Below are positions 37,515 to 47,794 of a DNA stretch of 64,000 bases, piece after piece. Below the pieces are notes generated by a model. That model was given only the letters and a program-made list of their open reading frames with translations, made no database searches and was not told the DNA's origin. The position numbers were made by a program, and so were the translations under genes. The first letter of the stretch is position 1, and the number at the start of each line of letters is the position of its first letter. This DNA is from a candidate division WS6 bacterium GW2011_GWF2_39_15 (GTDB lineage Bacteria > Patescibacteriota > Dojkabacteria > SC72), in contig LBWK01000002.1 in assembly GCA_000993565.1 (NCBI GenBank), positions 224,800 through 288,799 on the forward strand, written 5' to 3'.

Positions 37515-38699
37515 GTGTTAAAAGATAAAAGCATACTTTATATCGTTCATAATTTTAACAGCTTTCAGAAAGACCCTATTGAGGAGGCCTCAAAAAGTTT
37601 CAAGAAAGTTTATGTTTTGGTGCGATATAAGCCTCTATCCCGTTTTGTTAAGTACCTGCCTATTAGTATCCTCAAAAGATTTGATGAATCTTTTGTTTTA
37701 GATCTAAACGGTTTGCCTGAAAATGTTGAAGTGATAAAGACTCCTGTCTTATACTTACCATTTGGGCTATTTAATAGATTTTTAGGACTCTTACACTATA
37801 AAGCTGTCCAAAACCAGATTCGTAAACATAATATCCGTTTTGACGTTATTCATGCCCATTTTGCTTGGTCGTCAGGGTATGTAGGGATGAGACTGAAAGA
37901 AAAGTATCATGTTCCTCTTGTTATTACAGGACACGGTTACGATGTTTATGACCTCCCATTTAGGAGTGATTTCTGGAATAGGAGTATTAAATCTATTCTG
38001 GATAAAGCCGATAAAGTTATTACCGTGAGTAACTATAACAAAGGATATCTGAAAAGACTTGGTATTGATGATAATAAGATTCAGATTATACATAATGGCT
38101 ATTACGAAAGATTGTTTAAGAAAATGGATAAGCAAAAAGCCAGGAAGGATTTAGGTATTAAGACATCAGGCAAGATATGTCTTTGTGTTGGAAACCTTGA
38201 AAAAATCAAGGGACAGGATTTTCTCATTAGGAGTATTCATGGGATGCTGAGTAGTAACTCCGAGATTAAGTGTTACATAGTTGGGGGAGGAAGCATGGAG
38301 AACTATCTTAAAAAGCTCGTTAAATCTTTTGGACTAGAGCAGAAGATTATTTTAACCGGTCCTATTCCACATGCAATGATTGCACAATGGATTTCAGCGG
38401 CAGATCTTTTTATTATCCCAAGTTTGAGGGAGAGTGCTTCTGTAGTGTTGCTTGAGGCACTCGCTTGCGGGGTTCCAGTTGTGGCTACTGATGTGGGTAT
38501 AGTATCTGAGGTTATTGATTCTTCGGAGATAGGGTATGTTTCTAAACCCGGGGATATGAAAAGTCTAGGGGAGAATATTGAGAAAGCTCTTTTCAAGAAA
38601 TGGGACTCTTCAAAAATACAATCTAGATCCAAAGAGTATACTTGGGATAACTCTGTGAATAAAACGTTAAGTATCTACAAAGAGTTACTCTCAAAATAA
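37515..38699 (+). CDS. GT4 glycosyltransferase
   Basis: HAHF, HGYD, KIKGQ, ESASVVLLEALACGVPVV. Confidence 0.88.
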   Translation: MLKDKSILYIVHNFNSFQKDPIEEASKSFKKVYVLVRYKPLSRFVKYLPISILKRFDESFVLDLNGLPENVEVIKTPVLYLPFGLFNRFLGLLHYKAVQNQIRKHNIRFDVIHAHFAWSSGYVGMRLKEKYHVPLVITGHGYDVYDLPFRSDFWNRSIKSILDKADKVITVSNYNKGYLKRLGIDDNKIQIIHNGYYERLFKKMDKQKARKDLGIKTSGKICLCVGNLEKIKGQDFLIRSIHGMLSSNSEIKCYIVGGGSMENYLKKLVKSFGLEQKIILTGPIPHAMIAQWISAADLFIIPSLRESASVVLLEALACGVPVVATDVGIVSEVIDSSEIGYVSKPGDMKSLGENIEKALFKKWDSSKIQSRSKEYTWDNSVNKTLSIYKELLSK

Positions 38700-38717
38700 T
38701 TTTAGGGGGTTAAACGC

Positions 38718-39737
38718 ATGAAGAAAGCTCTCATTACAGGTATCACAGGTCAGGACGGACCATGGCTGGCCAAACGGCTTCTTGATAAAGGCTATGAAGT
38801 TTATGGAACAGCCAGACGAAACAGCGTGAGGAACTTTTATGGACTTGAATATGTCGGTGCTGTGGGGAAGGTTAAAATTATTGATATGGATCTGCTTGAC
38901 TACAGTAACATTCACGACACTTTAATCTCTGTAAAACCTGATGAGGTCTACAATTTGGCCGCCCAGAGTTTTGTAGGGGCAAGCTTCAAGCAGCCTATTT
39001 CAACGACTTTGACCAATAGTCTTGGTGTGGCATATATTCTTGATATTATTAAAACCTTTTTACCTAAAACTAAGATATATCAGGCTTCCACATCGGAGCT
39101 GTTTGGTAAAGTGGTTGAGAGTCCTCAGAACGAACGCACGCCATTCTATCCAAGAAGTCCTTATGCCATTTCGAAATTATATTCTCATTGGATGATGATC
39201 AACTATAGAGAAAGTTATGATATCTTTGCTACATGCGGGATCCTTTTTAATCATGAGTCGGAGCTTAGAGGAAAAGAGTTTGTTACCCGAAAAATTACAC
39301 AGTTTGTAGCAAAGAATTCGCTGGGGGATAAAGAGGTCCTCAAGATTGGTAATTTGAATATTAAGCGTGACTGGGGGTATGCCAAGGACTATGTAGAAGG
39401 GATGTATTTAATGATGCAAAGTGATAAACCTGATACATTTGTGCTCTCAACCGGCGTCTCGACAACTATTCGTCAATTTACTGAGTTAGCATTTTCAGTC
39501 ATTGGGAAAAAGCTGAGATGGGAAGGTGAAGATGCAACTGAAAAAGGGTATGATTCTGAGACCGGTATTTTGCTTGTTGAAGTTGACCCTGAGTTCTTCA
39601 GGCCAGCCGAAGTAGATATGTTGTGCGGAGATTCCAAAAAGGCACATGAAATATTAAATTGGCATCCGAAGACGACTGTTGAAGAGCTGTCAAGAAAAAT
39701 GGTTGAACATGATATTCAACTTTTAAATAGTGTATAA
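38718..39737 (+). CDS. gmd: GDP-mannose 4,6-dehydratase
   Basis: GITGQDG, NLAAQSFV, QASTSELFG, YPRSPYAISK, FNHES, RDWGYA. Confidence 0.95.
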   Translation: MKKALITGITGQDGPWLAKRLLDKGYEVYGTARRNSVRNFYGLEYVGAVGKVKIIDMDLLDYSNIHDTLISVKPDEVYNLAAQSFVGASFKQPISTTLTNSLGVAYILDIIKTFLPKTKIYQASTSELFGKVVESPQNERTPFYPRSPYAISKLYSHWMMINYRESYDIFATCGILFNHESELRGKEFVTRKITQFVAKNSLGDKEVLKIGNLNIKRDWGYAKDYVEGMYLMMQSDKPDTFVLSTGVSTTIRQFTELAFSVIGKKLRWEGEDATEKGYDSETGILLVEVDPEFFRPAEVDMLCGDSKKAHEILNWHPKTTVEELSRKMVEHDIQLLNSV

Positions 39738-39745
39738 TCAGTTGC

Positions 39746-40951
39746 ATGCGTATCATAATAGATGCAACTACTACACAAAATGAGTGGAAGTCAAATGGTA
39801 TCGGCTTTTACGCCCGGAACATTATTACACACCTTGTAAAGGAGCATTCAGATACGAAGTTTATTCTCTTGATGTACGATGATCTTCCTTCAACTATTGA
39901 TGAGATGTTTATGGTTCCTCTAAAGAACGTCGAGATTAAAAGGATTGGCAAGTATATTGATAAGAACCTCTTTCATATCTTGTGGTATGTCAGACAGCTC
40001 TTTCCTGGTTATCTAACGGTTAGTTCTTTAAAGCAAGTCTACGAGAAAGGGGATATATTTTTCTCGCCTTTTTTCTGGGGAGGGTTGCCATTAAGAATTC
40101 CGTTTGTAGTCGCTATACATGATTTTGCCTTTCCTAAGTTTAATATATATTCTCAGATTAGCATTTTCCATAATCTTGCAAGGGCTTTCACATATTGGGT
40201 AGAGATGTTTAAGACGCTTAGGGCAAGGGCAATAATTACTGATGCACAATTTACTGTTGGTGAGTATCACAGATATCTTCCGGGTTATAATATGCAGAAG
40301 ATATTTCCTATTCATTTGGGTTTAGATATGCAGAATGTAGAAAGCAATATTGATCATTTTTTGCCGAAAGATTGGAAAGAGAGAGGATACTTGATTTACC
40401 TTGGAGGAGGGTATACGAGGAATAAGAATACTGAGGGGCTAATAGATGGATACGCTGCCTACGTTAGTATGTGCAGGGAATCGGGGAAAGAGGTGCCATA
40501 TTTGGTAATTGCTGGAAAGAACTTTACGAATCCTAAAGATATTAGTATTAGAAAATTACATGAAAGGATTTTGGAAAAAGGCGTAAGGGGAAAAGTTATT
40601 TTTACTGGGCGGTATGAAGATATTGAAAGATATTCGTTGCTTCATAATAGTCTTGCTTCGATTCATCTGTCATTATACGAGGGCTTTGGATTTGGGGCAC
40701 TGGAAGGTATGAAAGCGGGAACACCGACAATTGTCCATTACGGCTCGTGTTATCCTGAGGTCATGAAAGACGGAGCTATTTTTGTTGATGGAACCAACCC
40801 GCGTGAAGTTGCTAATGCTATTTTACATGTTGTAAACGATCGTAAAACAGTTAAGGTAATCGCCAAGAGAGGGAAGGAAGTCGCTTCTGAGTATAAATGG
40901 GAAAAGACAGCCAGAGAAACATATAATGTTCTTGTGAATGCTTTAAAATAA
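39746..40951 (+). CDS. GT4 glycosyltransferase (MtfB/WbdB-like)
   Basis: GIGFY, IHD, KNTEGL, SLYEGFGFGALE. Confidence 0.85.
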   Translation: MRIIIDATTTQNEWKSNGIGFYARNIITHLVKEHSDTKFILLMYDDLPSTIDEMFMVPLKNVEIKRIGKYIDKNLFHILWYVRQLFPGYLTVSSLKQVYEKGDIFFSPFFWGGLPLRIPFVVAIHDFAFPKFNIYSQISIFHNLARAFTYWVEMFKTLRARAIITDAQFTVGEYHRYLPGYNMQKIFPIHLGLDMQNVESNIDHFLPKDWKERGYLIYLGGGYTRNKNTEGLIDGYAAYVSMCRESGKEVPYLVIAGKNFTNPKDISIRKLHERILEKGVRGKVIFTGRYEDIERYSLLHNSLASIHLSLYEGFGFGALEGMKAGTPTIVHYGSCYPEVMKDGAIFVDGTNPREVANAILHVVNDRKTVKVIAKRGKEVASEYKWEKTARETYNVLVNALK

Positions 40952-40964
40952 CTCTGATGAATTT

Positions 40965-41429
40965 ATGGAACTAATCATTTATACAATACTTCTTATAGGG
41001 TTTCTTCTTTCGTTTATCAATCTTCCGGGTCCATGGATAATGTTCCTTGCGGCTCTTATTACTAGAATAAGTAGTGCTTCAGATATCGGGTGGGGGATCT
41101 TAACTATATTTTTCATCCTAGCCCTATTTGCTTCAATAGCGGATAACCTGTTTGTTATATTCGGGGCAAAAAAGTTTGGAGGAGGAAAATGGGGTATGAT
41201 TGGAGCCGTTGTGGGCTTGTTAGTCGGAATCCTAATCGGAAACCTAGTCGGTGGTATTCTGGGACCGTTTTTTGGAGCCTTTTTGTTTGAATATTTAATT
41301 GCAAAGAAGGATTCAAATGTTGCCTTTAAAGCTGGTTTAGGTACTGTTTTAGGTCTGTTGGGAGGGATAATATTGAAGGTCTTAATCTCCCTAATTATGG
41401 GAATTTGGATAATCGGGATAATAAATTAG
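40965..41429 (+). CDS. DUF456-like membrane protein
   Basis: LPG, GAKKFGGGKWG, GPFFGAFLFE; Gly-rich TMs. Confidence 0.8.
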   Translation: MELIIYTILLIGFLLSFINLPGPWIMFLAALITRISSASDIGWGILTIFFILALFASIADNLFVIFGAKKFGGGKWGMIGAVVGLLVGILIGNLVGGILGPFFGAFLFEYLIAKKDSNVAFKAGLGTVLGLLGGIILKVLISLIMGIWIIGIIN

Positions 41430-42130
41430 GTCCTATATACCCATAAGTGCCCGTCTTCATCAATCAACAAGACACTTTTCTTATCATCGCTTACCTCAAA
41501 CTGTCTTATATTGTTGGACTTTTTGATCTCAAAGAGGATTCCTCTTCCATCTTTTATGACAACCTGCTCCTTGCCGGATATCGTGAACGGGCTGTTTTGT
41601 TCTGAGTCTTTTGTAGGGGTAAGTTTAGGCGGATTGAGGGTATATATATAATTCTGGTGTGCAAGAAACGAAAAGGCTTCACTAAGTACGAGCTGATAGT
41701 TGCTGCAAGTTAGGATTTTAAGTGTTTGAACAATTTTATATTCATTTTCTTTCTTTTTATTTAAATCTATAACCACTACCGTGGTTCCAAAATCATCAGG
41801 ATCCCTTTTTTGATGGTTTTCCCATGTACATAATATGCCGGGTTCAGTACTACTGAATACGGTCGTGTGTTGCATATTCTCAAATGTGTAAATTTTAATA
41901 TATCTACGAGATGTGGAATTAAGGTTGTAAACATTTGATTCGGTTGCAAATAAAGCCGTGCGGCTATCATGCCATCTTATGGCTAGAACGTCCTCTGAAA
42001 GCGGTATTGTATAGAAAACGGGAGGTTTGTTATGGATTGTTTCAACTTCCTGCCGTATAGGGTATTTGTAAAAGTAGGTAAGGGCAGCATAAACTAAGAG
42101 CAGATTGTATATGTAAGTGAAAAAGACCAT
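41426..42130 (-). CDS. Hypothetical exported beta-rich protein
   Basis: 234 aa, N-terminal hydrophobic segment; follows the M23 gene. Confidence 0.6.
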   Translation of the reverse strand: MVFFTYIYNLLLVYAALTYFYKYPIRQEVETIHNKPPVFYTIPLSEDVLAIRWHDSRTALFATESNVYNLNSTSRRYIKIYTFENMQHTTVFSSTEPGILCTWENHQKRDPDDFGTTVVVIDLNKKKENEYKIVQTLKILTCSNYQLVLSEAFSFLAHQNYIYTLNPPKLTPTKDSEQNSPFTISGKEQVVIKDGRGILFEIKKSNNIRQFEVSDDKKSVLLIDEDGHLWVYRT

Positions 42131-42151
42131 ATTAGGGGTTTAATAATTTAA

Positions 42152-44230
42152 TTAGTATGTCGGATGCGGATTGTCACCTGACAGCCTTCCGGGATAAAGG
42201 CTTGCACGAGCCGTTTTCACTTTTGTCCAATCGATATTTATGTAGGGTACGGGATCTATATGGGTTTTCTGCAAAGATCCCTTCCTTAATTCTACGTGCA
42301 AATGACTGGAAAGATGTTCACAGTTAAATAATCCACTATTCCCGGAAATGGCAAGGATCTGTCCTTTCTCTATGATACTACCTTTCTTGAGCCCTTTCGC
42401 GAACTTCTCAAGATGCAAGTAGGTTGAATATTTACCATCGGAGTGTTTAAGCTTTATATAATTACCTCCTGAGAGACAGCGATTAGGTCCTTTGTCCCAT
42501 CCTATAAACTCAATAGTGCCTTTTGCCAAAGCTTTTACATTTTGCTTTGTGGCTTCAAAATCGATTCCAGTGTGTGGAGTTTGGTATTCTGTATCCCCAT
42601 GCCACTGGGTTACATTAAATATCTTGTCTAAAGGGAAAGTGTACAATGAGAGAGCTTTGTTAATTGAGAAAGATGCTGCGACGGATAAAGGTGATTGCTC
42701 AAAAATATCCAGCCATGTTCTGGAATCGATTTTTTGACTGAAGGAAATTCTATAAGCAGATCTTAATTTATAGGTAATCGGCTTATTGCTTAAAAGTACT
42801 GTTGCAGAGTAACTGCTCCCTTGGTCACTCTTTCGGGCTGATATTAATCTGCCGTCAATTTCAATTAATATATCAAGGTATTCAATATCAACTGTCCTCT
42901 GTTTTTTTTCTCTGATTATTTCGAGGCATATCAAGGGCTTGTTACTTTTTGTACCTGCTCCTAAGCATTCTCTTCTTTCAATAGTCAGGAGAAGTTTATG
43001 TGGTACTTCAATCAAAGTATTGATCACAGTGTATGAGGAGTTAGAACCAATGGTGTCGGCTTTAAGAACTTTGGGAGGAAGAATACTGCAACCTTTTCGT
43101 CTTACTTTCCCAGTCGTACTATTCCAGATATAAGTGCATTTATTAGTAACTTCTTTGGCTGTATTAACTCCAAGCACCTGTTTGGATGAACTTTTTTCAA
43201 TATCTGGGTCTGATACTTCTTTTATCACATCAACTTTAGGTTCTGGAAGCTGATTGATAATTTCTGTGACAGATTCTTTAAACGCATTGTTTATTTCTTT
43301 AACAAGGGACAAATCGGGTTCTATTTCAACCGGGTCTTGAATTAATGGAAGTTTGATCTCAATGGTAGTTTTGGCTGATTCATAACTATATTTCTTAATA
43401 ACCACTTTTATATTATATATCCCGGATTCGGCAAATTGATGATTAAATTCTTTCAGGGACAGGTTATCGAACGTTTTGTAAATACTGCCGTCCTTCTCAA
43501 TAACAATCTTATATTTCTCATCATCCTTTAAGTTGCTTTCCCATTTCATATTAAACTGACCCTCCTGATTCACTGAAGTATATATAATCTTTATATCTGG
43601 CTTAAATTGATCTTCCTTCATGACGGTGACTTCAACATATGGGATATTTTGCGAATTACAAATGGCAGGAGGGTTAATACAATCTTTAGACCAGAAAACA
43701 CCTCCCATTTGCATTTCATCGACCATTGTTATGGCGATACCACGGTTTGTGGCAGGATCCAGAAACTGCTTTGTAAAAATGTCGGTTATGTCTATTGATA
43801 CCCATCCTGTCTGGGCCGGAAGGCTAGCTACAGATTCATTCTGCCAGCTGAAGGGGTTAACTGGCATGAATATCAAATCTACCTCTCTCCATTCTTCTAC
43901 CGGTGTCCCGATGTTAATATCATAGTTATATGGGTTGTTAACTCTGGTTTGGTATAGGTTGAGTGTAACTTTTTCGATATCCTCAAGATAAATGTTTTCA
44001 GCTTCTTTTGGGTTATACTTAATAAAGAGCCGAGTGATTCCCTCTCTGGGACTGTTTCCATATCCCAGCAGAAGCTGTGAAAGAGATCCATGAGTTTCAT
44101 CAAAGAAAATACTTTCGGTGTAAGTATCCTCTTTTATCTCTAGGCGGATCTTCTCTTGATCAGCAAATACTGGCTGGACCATTATTATGGCTAGGACTAA
44201 AGAGAAAATCGGAATCAAAATACTTTGCAT
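42152..44230 (-). CDS. Secreted M23 metallopeptidase with N-terminal DNRLRE-like domain
   Basis: Signal peptide (VFA); EDTY...GWVSIDIT...FWSKD...PYVEV domain; HTGID, GGNYI, YLHL, SGNSG, HLH, IDP. Confidence 0.85.
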   Translation of the reverse strand: MQSILIPIFSLVLAIIMVQPVFADQEKIRLEIKEDTYTESIFFDETHGSLSQLLLGYGNSPREGITRLFIKYNPKEAENIYLEDIEKVTLNLYQTRVNNPYNYDINIGTPVEEWREVDLIFMPVNPFSWQNESVASLPAQTGWVSIDITDIFTKQFLDPATNRGIAITMVDEMQMGGVFWSKDCINPPAICNSQNIPYVEVTVMKEDQFKPDIKIIYTSVNQEGQFNMKWESNLKDDEKYKIVIEKDGSIYKTFDNLSLKEFNHQFAESGIYNIKVVIKKYSYESAKTTIEIKLPLIQDPVEIEPDLSLVKEINNAFKESVTEIINQLPEPKVDVIKEVSDPDIEKSSSKQVLGVNTAKEVTNKCTYIWNSTTGKVRRKGCSILPPKVLKADTIGSNSSYTVINTLIEVPHKLLLTIERRECLGAGTKSNKPLICLEIIREKKQRTVDIEYLDILIEIDGRLISARKSDQGSSYSATVLLSNKPITYKLRSAYRISFSQKIDSRTWLDIFEQSPLSVAASFSINKALSLYTFPLDKIFNVTQWHGDTEYQTPHTGIDFEATKQNVKALAKGTIEFIGWDKGPNRCLSGGNYIKLKHSDGKYSTYLHLEKFAKGLKKGSIIEKGQILAISGNSGLFNCEHLSSHLHVELRKGSLQKTHIDPVPYINIDWTKVKTARASLYPGRLSGDNPHPTY

Positions 44231-44334
44231 AAGGTGTTTTTAAAAGTTAGATACTATATTCTCTCAAATAAAAATGAAATACATATGAACTGCTTTATGT
44301 GTATAATGAAGAAGTAATTTGATGTGAGTAGAGC

Positions 44335-44775
44335 ATGGGAAAGTTTCTAACTTTTGCGGTATTAATATTCTTTTTGGCTGCCGTCGTTGCTGGCGGATTA
44401 TGGTTAAAGAGGCTTAAAGACGGTGAGAAATCAGGTCCGCGAATTGAGGATTTGCGAGTCTGTGAATTCGTTTCATATAATGCTCCCTGCGAAAAGGATA
44501 CTAAGAATGTTTCGCAGGATAATGGGGATATATATGCAACCGTTATTTCTAAAGATATTACTAATTCACTTCTTAAAACCCGATGGGAATATATACAGGA
44601 TGGCACAAAGAGCATAATAGGTGAAAGTGAGGCTACGATCTATGATAATCAGACCCTTCAGCTGAAATTGGAAAAGGATCTGAAAAGAGGCTGGCTGCTT
44701 GGTAAGTATGCCGTCACTCTGGTGCTGGAAGGCTCTAATACTCTCACCAAAGAGTTCACGATTGTTGCGGACTAA
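44335..44775 (+). CDS. Membrane-anchored protein with a small Ig-like domain
   Basis: N-terminal TM, Cys pair, W...GKYAVTL...KEFTI. Confidence 0.65.
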   Translation: MGKFLTFAVLIFFLAAVVAGGLWLKRLKDGEKSGPRIEDLRVCEFVSYNAPCEKDTKNVSQDNGDIYATVISKDITNSLLKTRWEYIQDGTKSIIGESEATIYDNQTLQLKLEKDLKRGWLLGKYAVTLVLEGSNTLTKEFTIVAD

Positions 44776-44822
44776 AGTGGTATAATCCATGATGCTAATT
44801 AATTCTAGAATGAAACTTTGTA

Positions 44823-47789
44823 ATGCTTAAACTATTTTCTGGGATATTCGATTCCAATGAAAAACAGATAAATAAAGCCAAACCGCTAATTGAGAAGATT
44901 AATTCTTTTGAAAAAGGGATCTCGAAACTGTCTGATGAGAAATTGAGAGAAAAAACAGATGAATTCCGAAAGATTCTAAAGTATGACAGAGAGAAAAACA
45001 GGCAAGAGTTTGTAAAACTTTCCGATTCGCAGCTACGTAAAAGACTTGACGAGGAAAAGTCTGTGCTGACTGAGATCATTCCAGAAGCATTTGCAGTCGT
45101 CAGGGAAGCATCAAAGAGGGTTTCGAACCATAGGCACTTTGATGTACAGATGATGGCAGGATATTTTCTTTTTGAGAACAAAGTAGTTGAACTGTTTACG
45201 GGAGAAGGAAAAACACTTGCTGCAAATATGCCTTTATACCTTTATGGACTAACCAGCAGAGGGGCACATTTAGTAACTGTAAACGATTATCTTGCTCGAA
45301 GAGATGCAGAATGGACTGGTCATATTCTTAATTCTCTGGGAATAACAGTTGGTGTTATCAATAACGGTGATCAGTATCGCTTTATTTCAGATGAGGAAGC
45401 TATAAAACTCAAGGGGAGTGAAGCCAAGAAGCTTATTAAAGAGAGAAATGATAAATCAAAGGCATCCGGATCTCTAAAATACAGTCATATGTCTGGTGTA
45501 AATCTGATTGAGTGCTCCAAGAAAGAAGCTTATGCATGTGATGTTGTATACGGAACAAATAACGAGTTCGGTTTCGATTACTTGAGAGATAATATGGCTC
45601 AGACGCTTGATGAGATCGTCCAAGGGCCGTTGTATTTCTCTATTGTTGATGAGGCGGACTCTATTTTGATTGATGAGGCCCGTACTCCTCTTATCATCTC
45701 TACGAACGCCCAGGCTTCAAATGATATGTACATGCAGTTTGCAAAAGTCGTTAATGTTGTGACAAAAGAGAAGGACTATACTGTTGATGAGAAATCTCAT
45801 GCAGTATCCCTTACGGATGAAGGTCTAGATAAGATTGAAAAAGCTTTGGGAGTTAAAAATGTTTATGAAGATGCCCAACTTGCCTATCACCTTGATAATG
45901 CACTTAAAGCTAAAGAGCTATACAGACTTGATGAAGAGTATATAGTTCGAGACGGTGAAGTCTTAATTGTTGATGAGTTTACAGGTCGTGTATTGCCGGG
46001 GAGAAGATATAGCGAGGGCTTGCATCAGGCAATAGAAGCCAAAGAGGGTGTAGAAGTTAAAAGGGAGTCAAGAACTCTTGCGACAATCACCCTTCAGAAC
46101 TACTTCCGTCTTTACAGCTTCCTGGCGGGAATGACAGGTACGGCTTTAACGGAGGCTGAGGAGTTTGCCAAGATCTATAAACTTGATGTTATGGTTATCC
46201 CTACCAATCGTCCTGTTGTGAGAGAGGATCTTGCAGATGTAGTCTTTAGAACTCAGGAAGGGAAGTTTAAAGCAATAGTTGAAGATATTAAAGAACATAA
46301 CAAAAAGGGACAGCCGGTGCTTGTTGGTACCACTTCTGTTGAGAGATCGGAGATACTTTCGGACATGCTCTCAAAAGAGGGCGTAAAGCATAGCGTTCTT
46401 AATGCGAAACAGCATGAGAGAGAGGCTAGCGTCGTTGCTGAGGCAGGTCTTAAAGGACAGGTCACAATTGCTACTAACATGGCAGGTAGAGGTACTGACA
46501 TCTCTCTTGGTGAAGGTGTAAAAGATGTCGGTGGTTTGTATATAATCGGTTCCGAAAGGCATGAATCCAGAAGAATTGATAACCAGTTAAGGGGTAGGTC
46601 CGGAAGACAGGGTGATCCCGGTAAGTCAAGATTTTATGTCTCTTTTGAAGACGAGCTCATGAGGCTTTTCGGAGGAGACAAAATGAATGTGATTATGAGC
46701 AGTATTGGTATGGCTGATGATATGCCTGTATCAATAGGGCTTTTAGGGAGGAGTATTGAATCAGCTCAGAAGAAGGTAGAAGCATATAACTATGACATCC
46801 GAAAGAACCTGGTCGATTATGATGACGTTTTAAACAAACAGAGGGATATTATATACGATATCAGGAGACAGATACTTCAGTCTGCTGAGAGTATTCAGGT
46901 TGATAACAAAATGGTGGAGATTAAGAATAAGGATCTTGCTAACATAGATCTAGTCAAGCTTATGTCTGAGCTTGATTCTTTTATGTTAAGTAGCAGAGAT
47001 TCGTGGAAGCTTAAGTATACTCCTAGTCTTCTTAAACTAGATCACCCGATTATTTTCTGGATTCTTAAAAAGGCTTTGGAACATACAAAAACGATTATCT
47101 TCAACCAGCTTCAGGACGATATGGAAATAGATAAAGAGGAAGAGAGAAAGGGTGTGTCGCTTCTTAAATCTATGCTGACTGATGAGCTTTTTGAGATTGC
47201 AGTAAAGCTTTCTGGGTTTAAAGATTCTAAAGAGTTTTTCAATAGGTATGATGAGTCAAAAGTAGTTTCTGAGAAGTTGGATATGCTGCTTAAGATTGTT
47301 GTCTCAGGGTTTATATTTCATATAAATGCTCTCGGACATAAACCTATTGTTGATATAACAAAGCTTCTAACTCTTCAGACGATAGATAATCTCTGGATGG
47401 AGCATCTTGATACGATGCAGGATCTTAGAGAAGGAATAAACCTTAGAAATCTTGCACAGAGAGATCCGTTGGTTGAGTACAAAAACGAAGGCTTTGCTAT
47501 GTTTGACAGCCTTATGCAGAGCATAGACGACGGTCTTGTTAATAGATACTTTAAAGTTAGGGTGGTGACTGAACAGAAAGTTGAAGGCGAAGAAGTGAAA
47601 GAAGATGTCCCAACTCCACTTGAGGCAGGTGAGAATCATTCCAAAGAAGGTATAGTGCAAACGACAGTACGGAAAAGTGTAAATATTGGTAGGAACGATC
47701 CTTGTCCTTGTGGAAGCGGAAAGAAATATAAAAAGTGCGGATTACTAAGTACTCCTGAACATCAGAAATTGATGAGAGGAAAGAAATAG
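44823..47789 (+). CDS. secA: Preprotein translocase subunit SecA
   Basis: TGEGKT, VTVNDYLA, FGFDYLRDN, VDEADSILIDEARTPLIIS, ATNMAGRGTDI, QLRGRSGRQGDPG, SEC-C CPCGSGKKYKKC. Confidence 0.98.
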   Translation: MLKLFSGIFDSNEKQINKAKPLIEKINSFEKGISKLSDEKLREKTDEFRKILKYDREKNRQEFVKLSDSQLRKRLDEEKSVLTEIIPEAFAVVREASKRVSNHRHFDVQMMAGYFLFENKVVELFTGEGKTLAANMPLYLYGLTSRGAHLVTVNDYLARRDAEWTGHILNSLGITVGVINNGDQYRFISDEEAIKLKGSEAKKLIKERNDKSKASGSLKYSHMSGVNLIECSKKEAYACDVVYGTNNEFGFDYLRDNMAQTLDEIVQGPLYFSIVDEADSILIDEARTPLIISTNAQASNDMYMQFAKVVNVVTKEKDYTVDEKSHAVSLTDEGLDKIEKALGVKNVYEDAQLAYHLDNALKAKELYRLDEEYIVRDGEVLIVDEFTGRVLPGRRYSEGLHQAIEAKEGVEVKRESRTLATITLQNYFRLYSFLAGMTGTALTEAEEFAKIYKLDVMVIPTNRPVVREDLADVVFRTQEGKFKAIVEDIKEHNKKGQPVLVGTTSVERSEILSDMLSKEGVKHSVLNAKQHEREASVVAEAGLKGQVTIATNMAGRGTDISLGEGVKDVGGLYIIGSERHESRRIDNQLRGRSGRQGDPGKSRFYVSFEDELMRLFGGDKMNVIMSSIGMADDMPVSIGLLGRSIESAQKKVEAYNYDIRKNLVDYDDVLNKQRDIIYDIRRQILQSAESIQVDNKMVEIKNKDLANIDLVKLMSELDSFMLSSRDSWKLKYTPSLLKLDHPIIFWILKKALEHTKTIIFNQLQDDMEIDKEEERKGVSLLKSMLTDELFEIAVKLSGFKDSKEFFNRYDESKVVSEKLDMLLKIVVSGFIFHINALGHKPIVDITKLLTLQTIDNLWMEHLDTMQDLREGINLRNLAQRDPLVEYKNEGFAMFDSLMQSIDDGLVNRYFKVRVVTEQKVEGEEVKEDVPTPLEAGENHSKEGIVQTTVRKSVNIGRNDPCPCGSGKKYKKCGLLSTPEHQKLMRGKK

Positions 47790-47794
47790 TTTCT

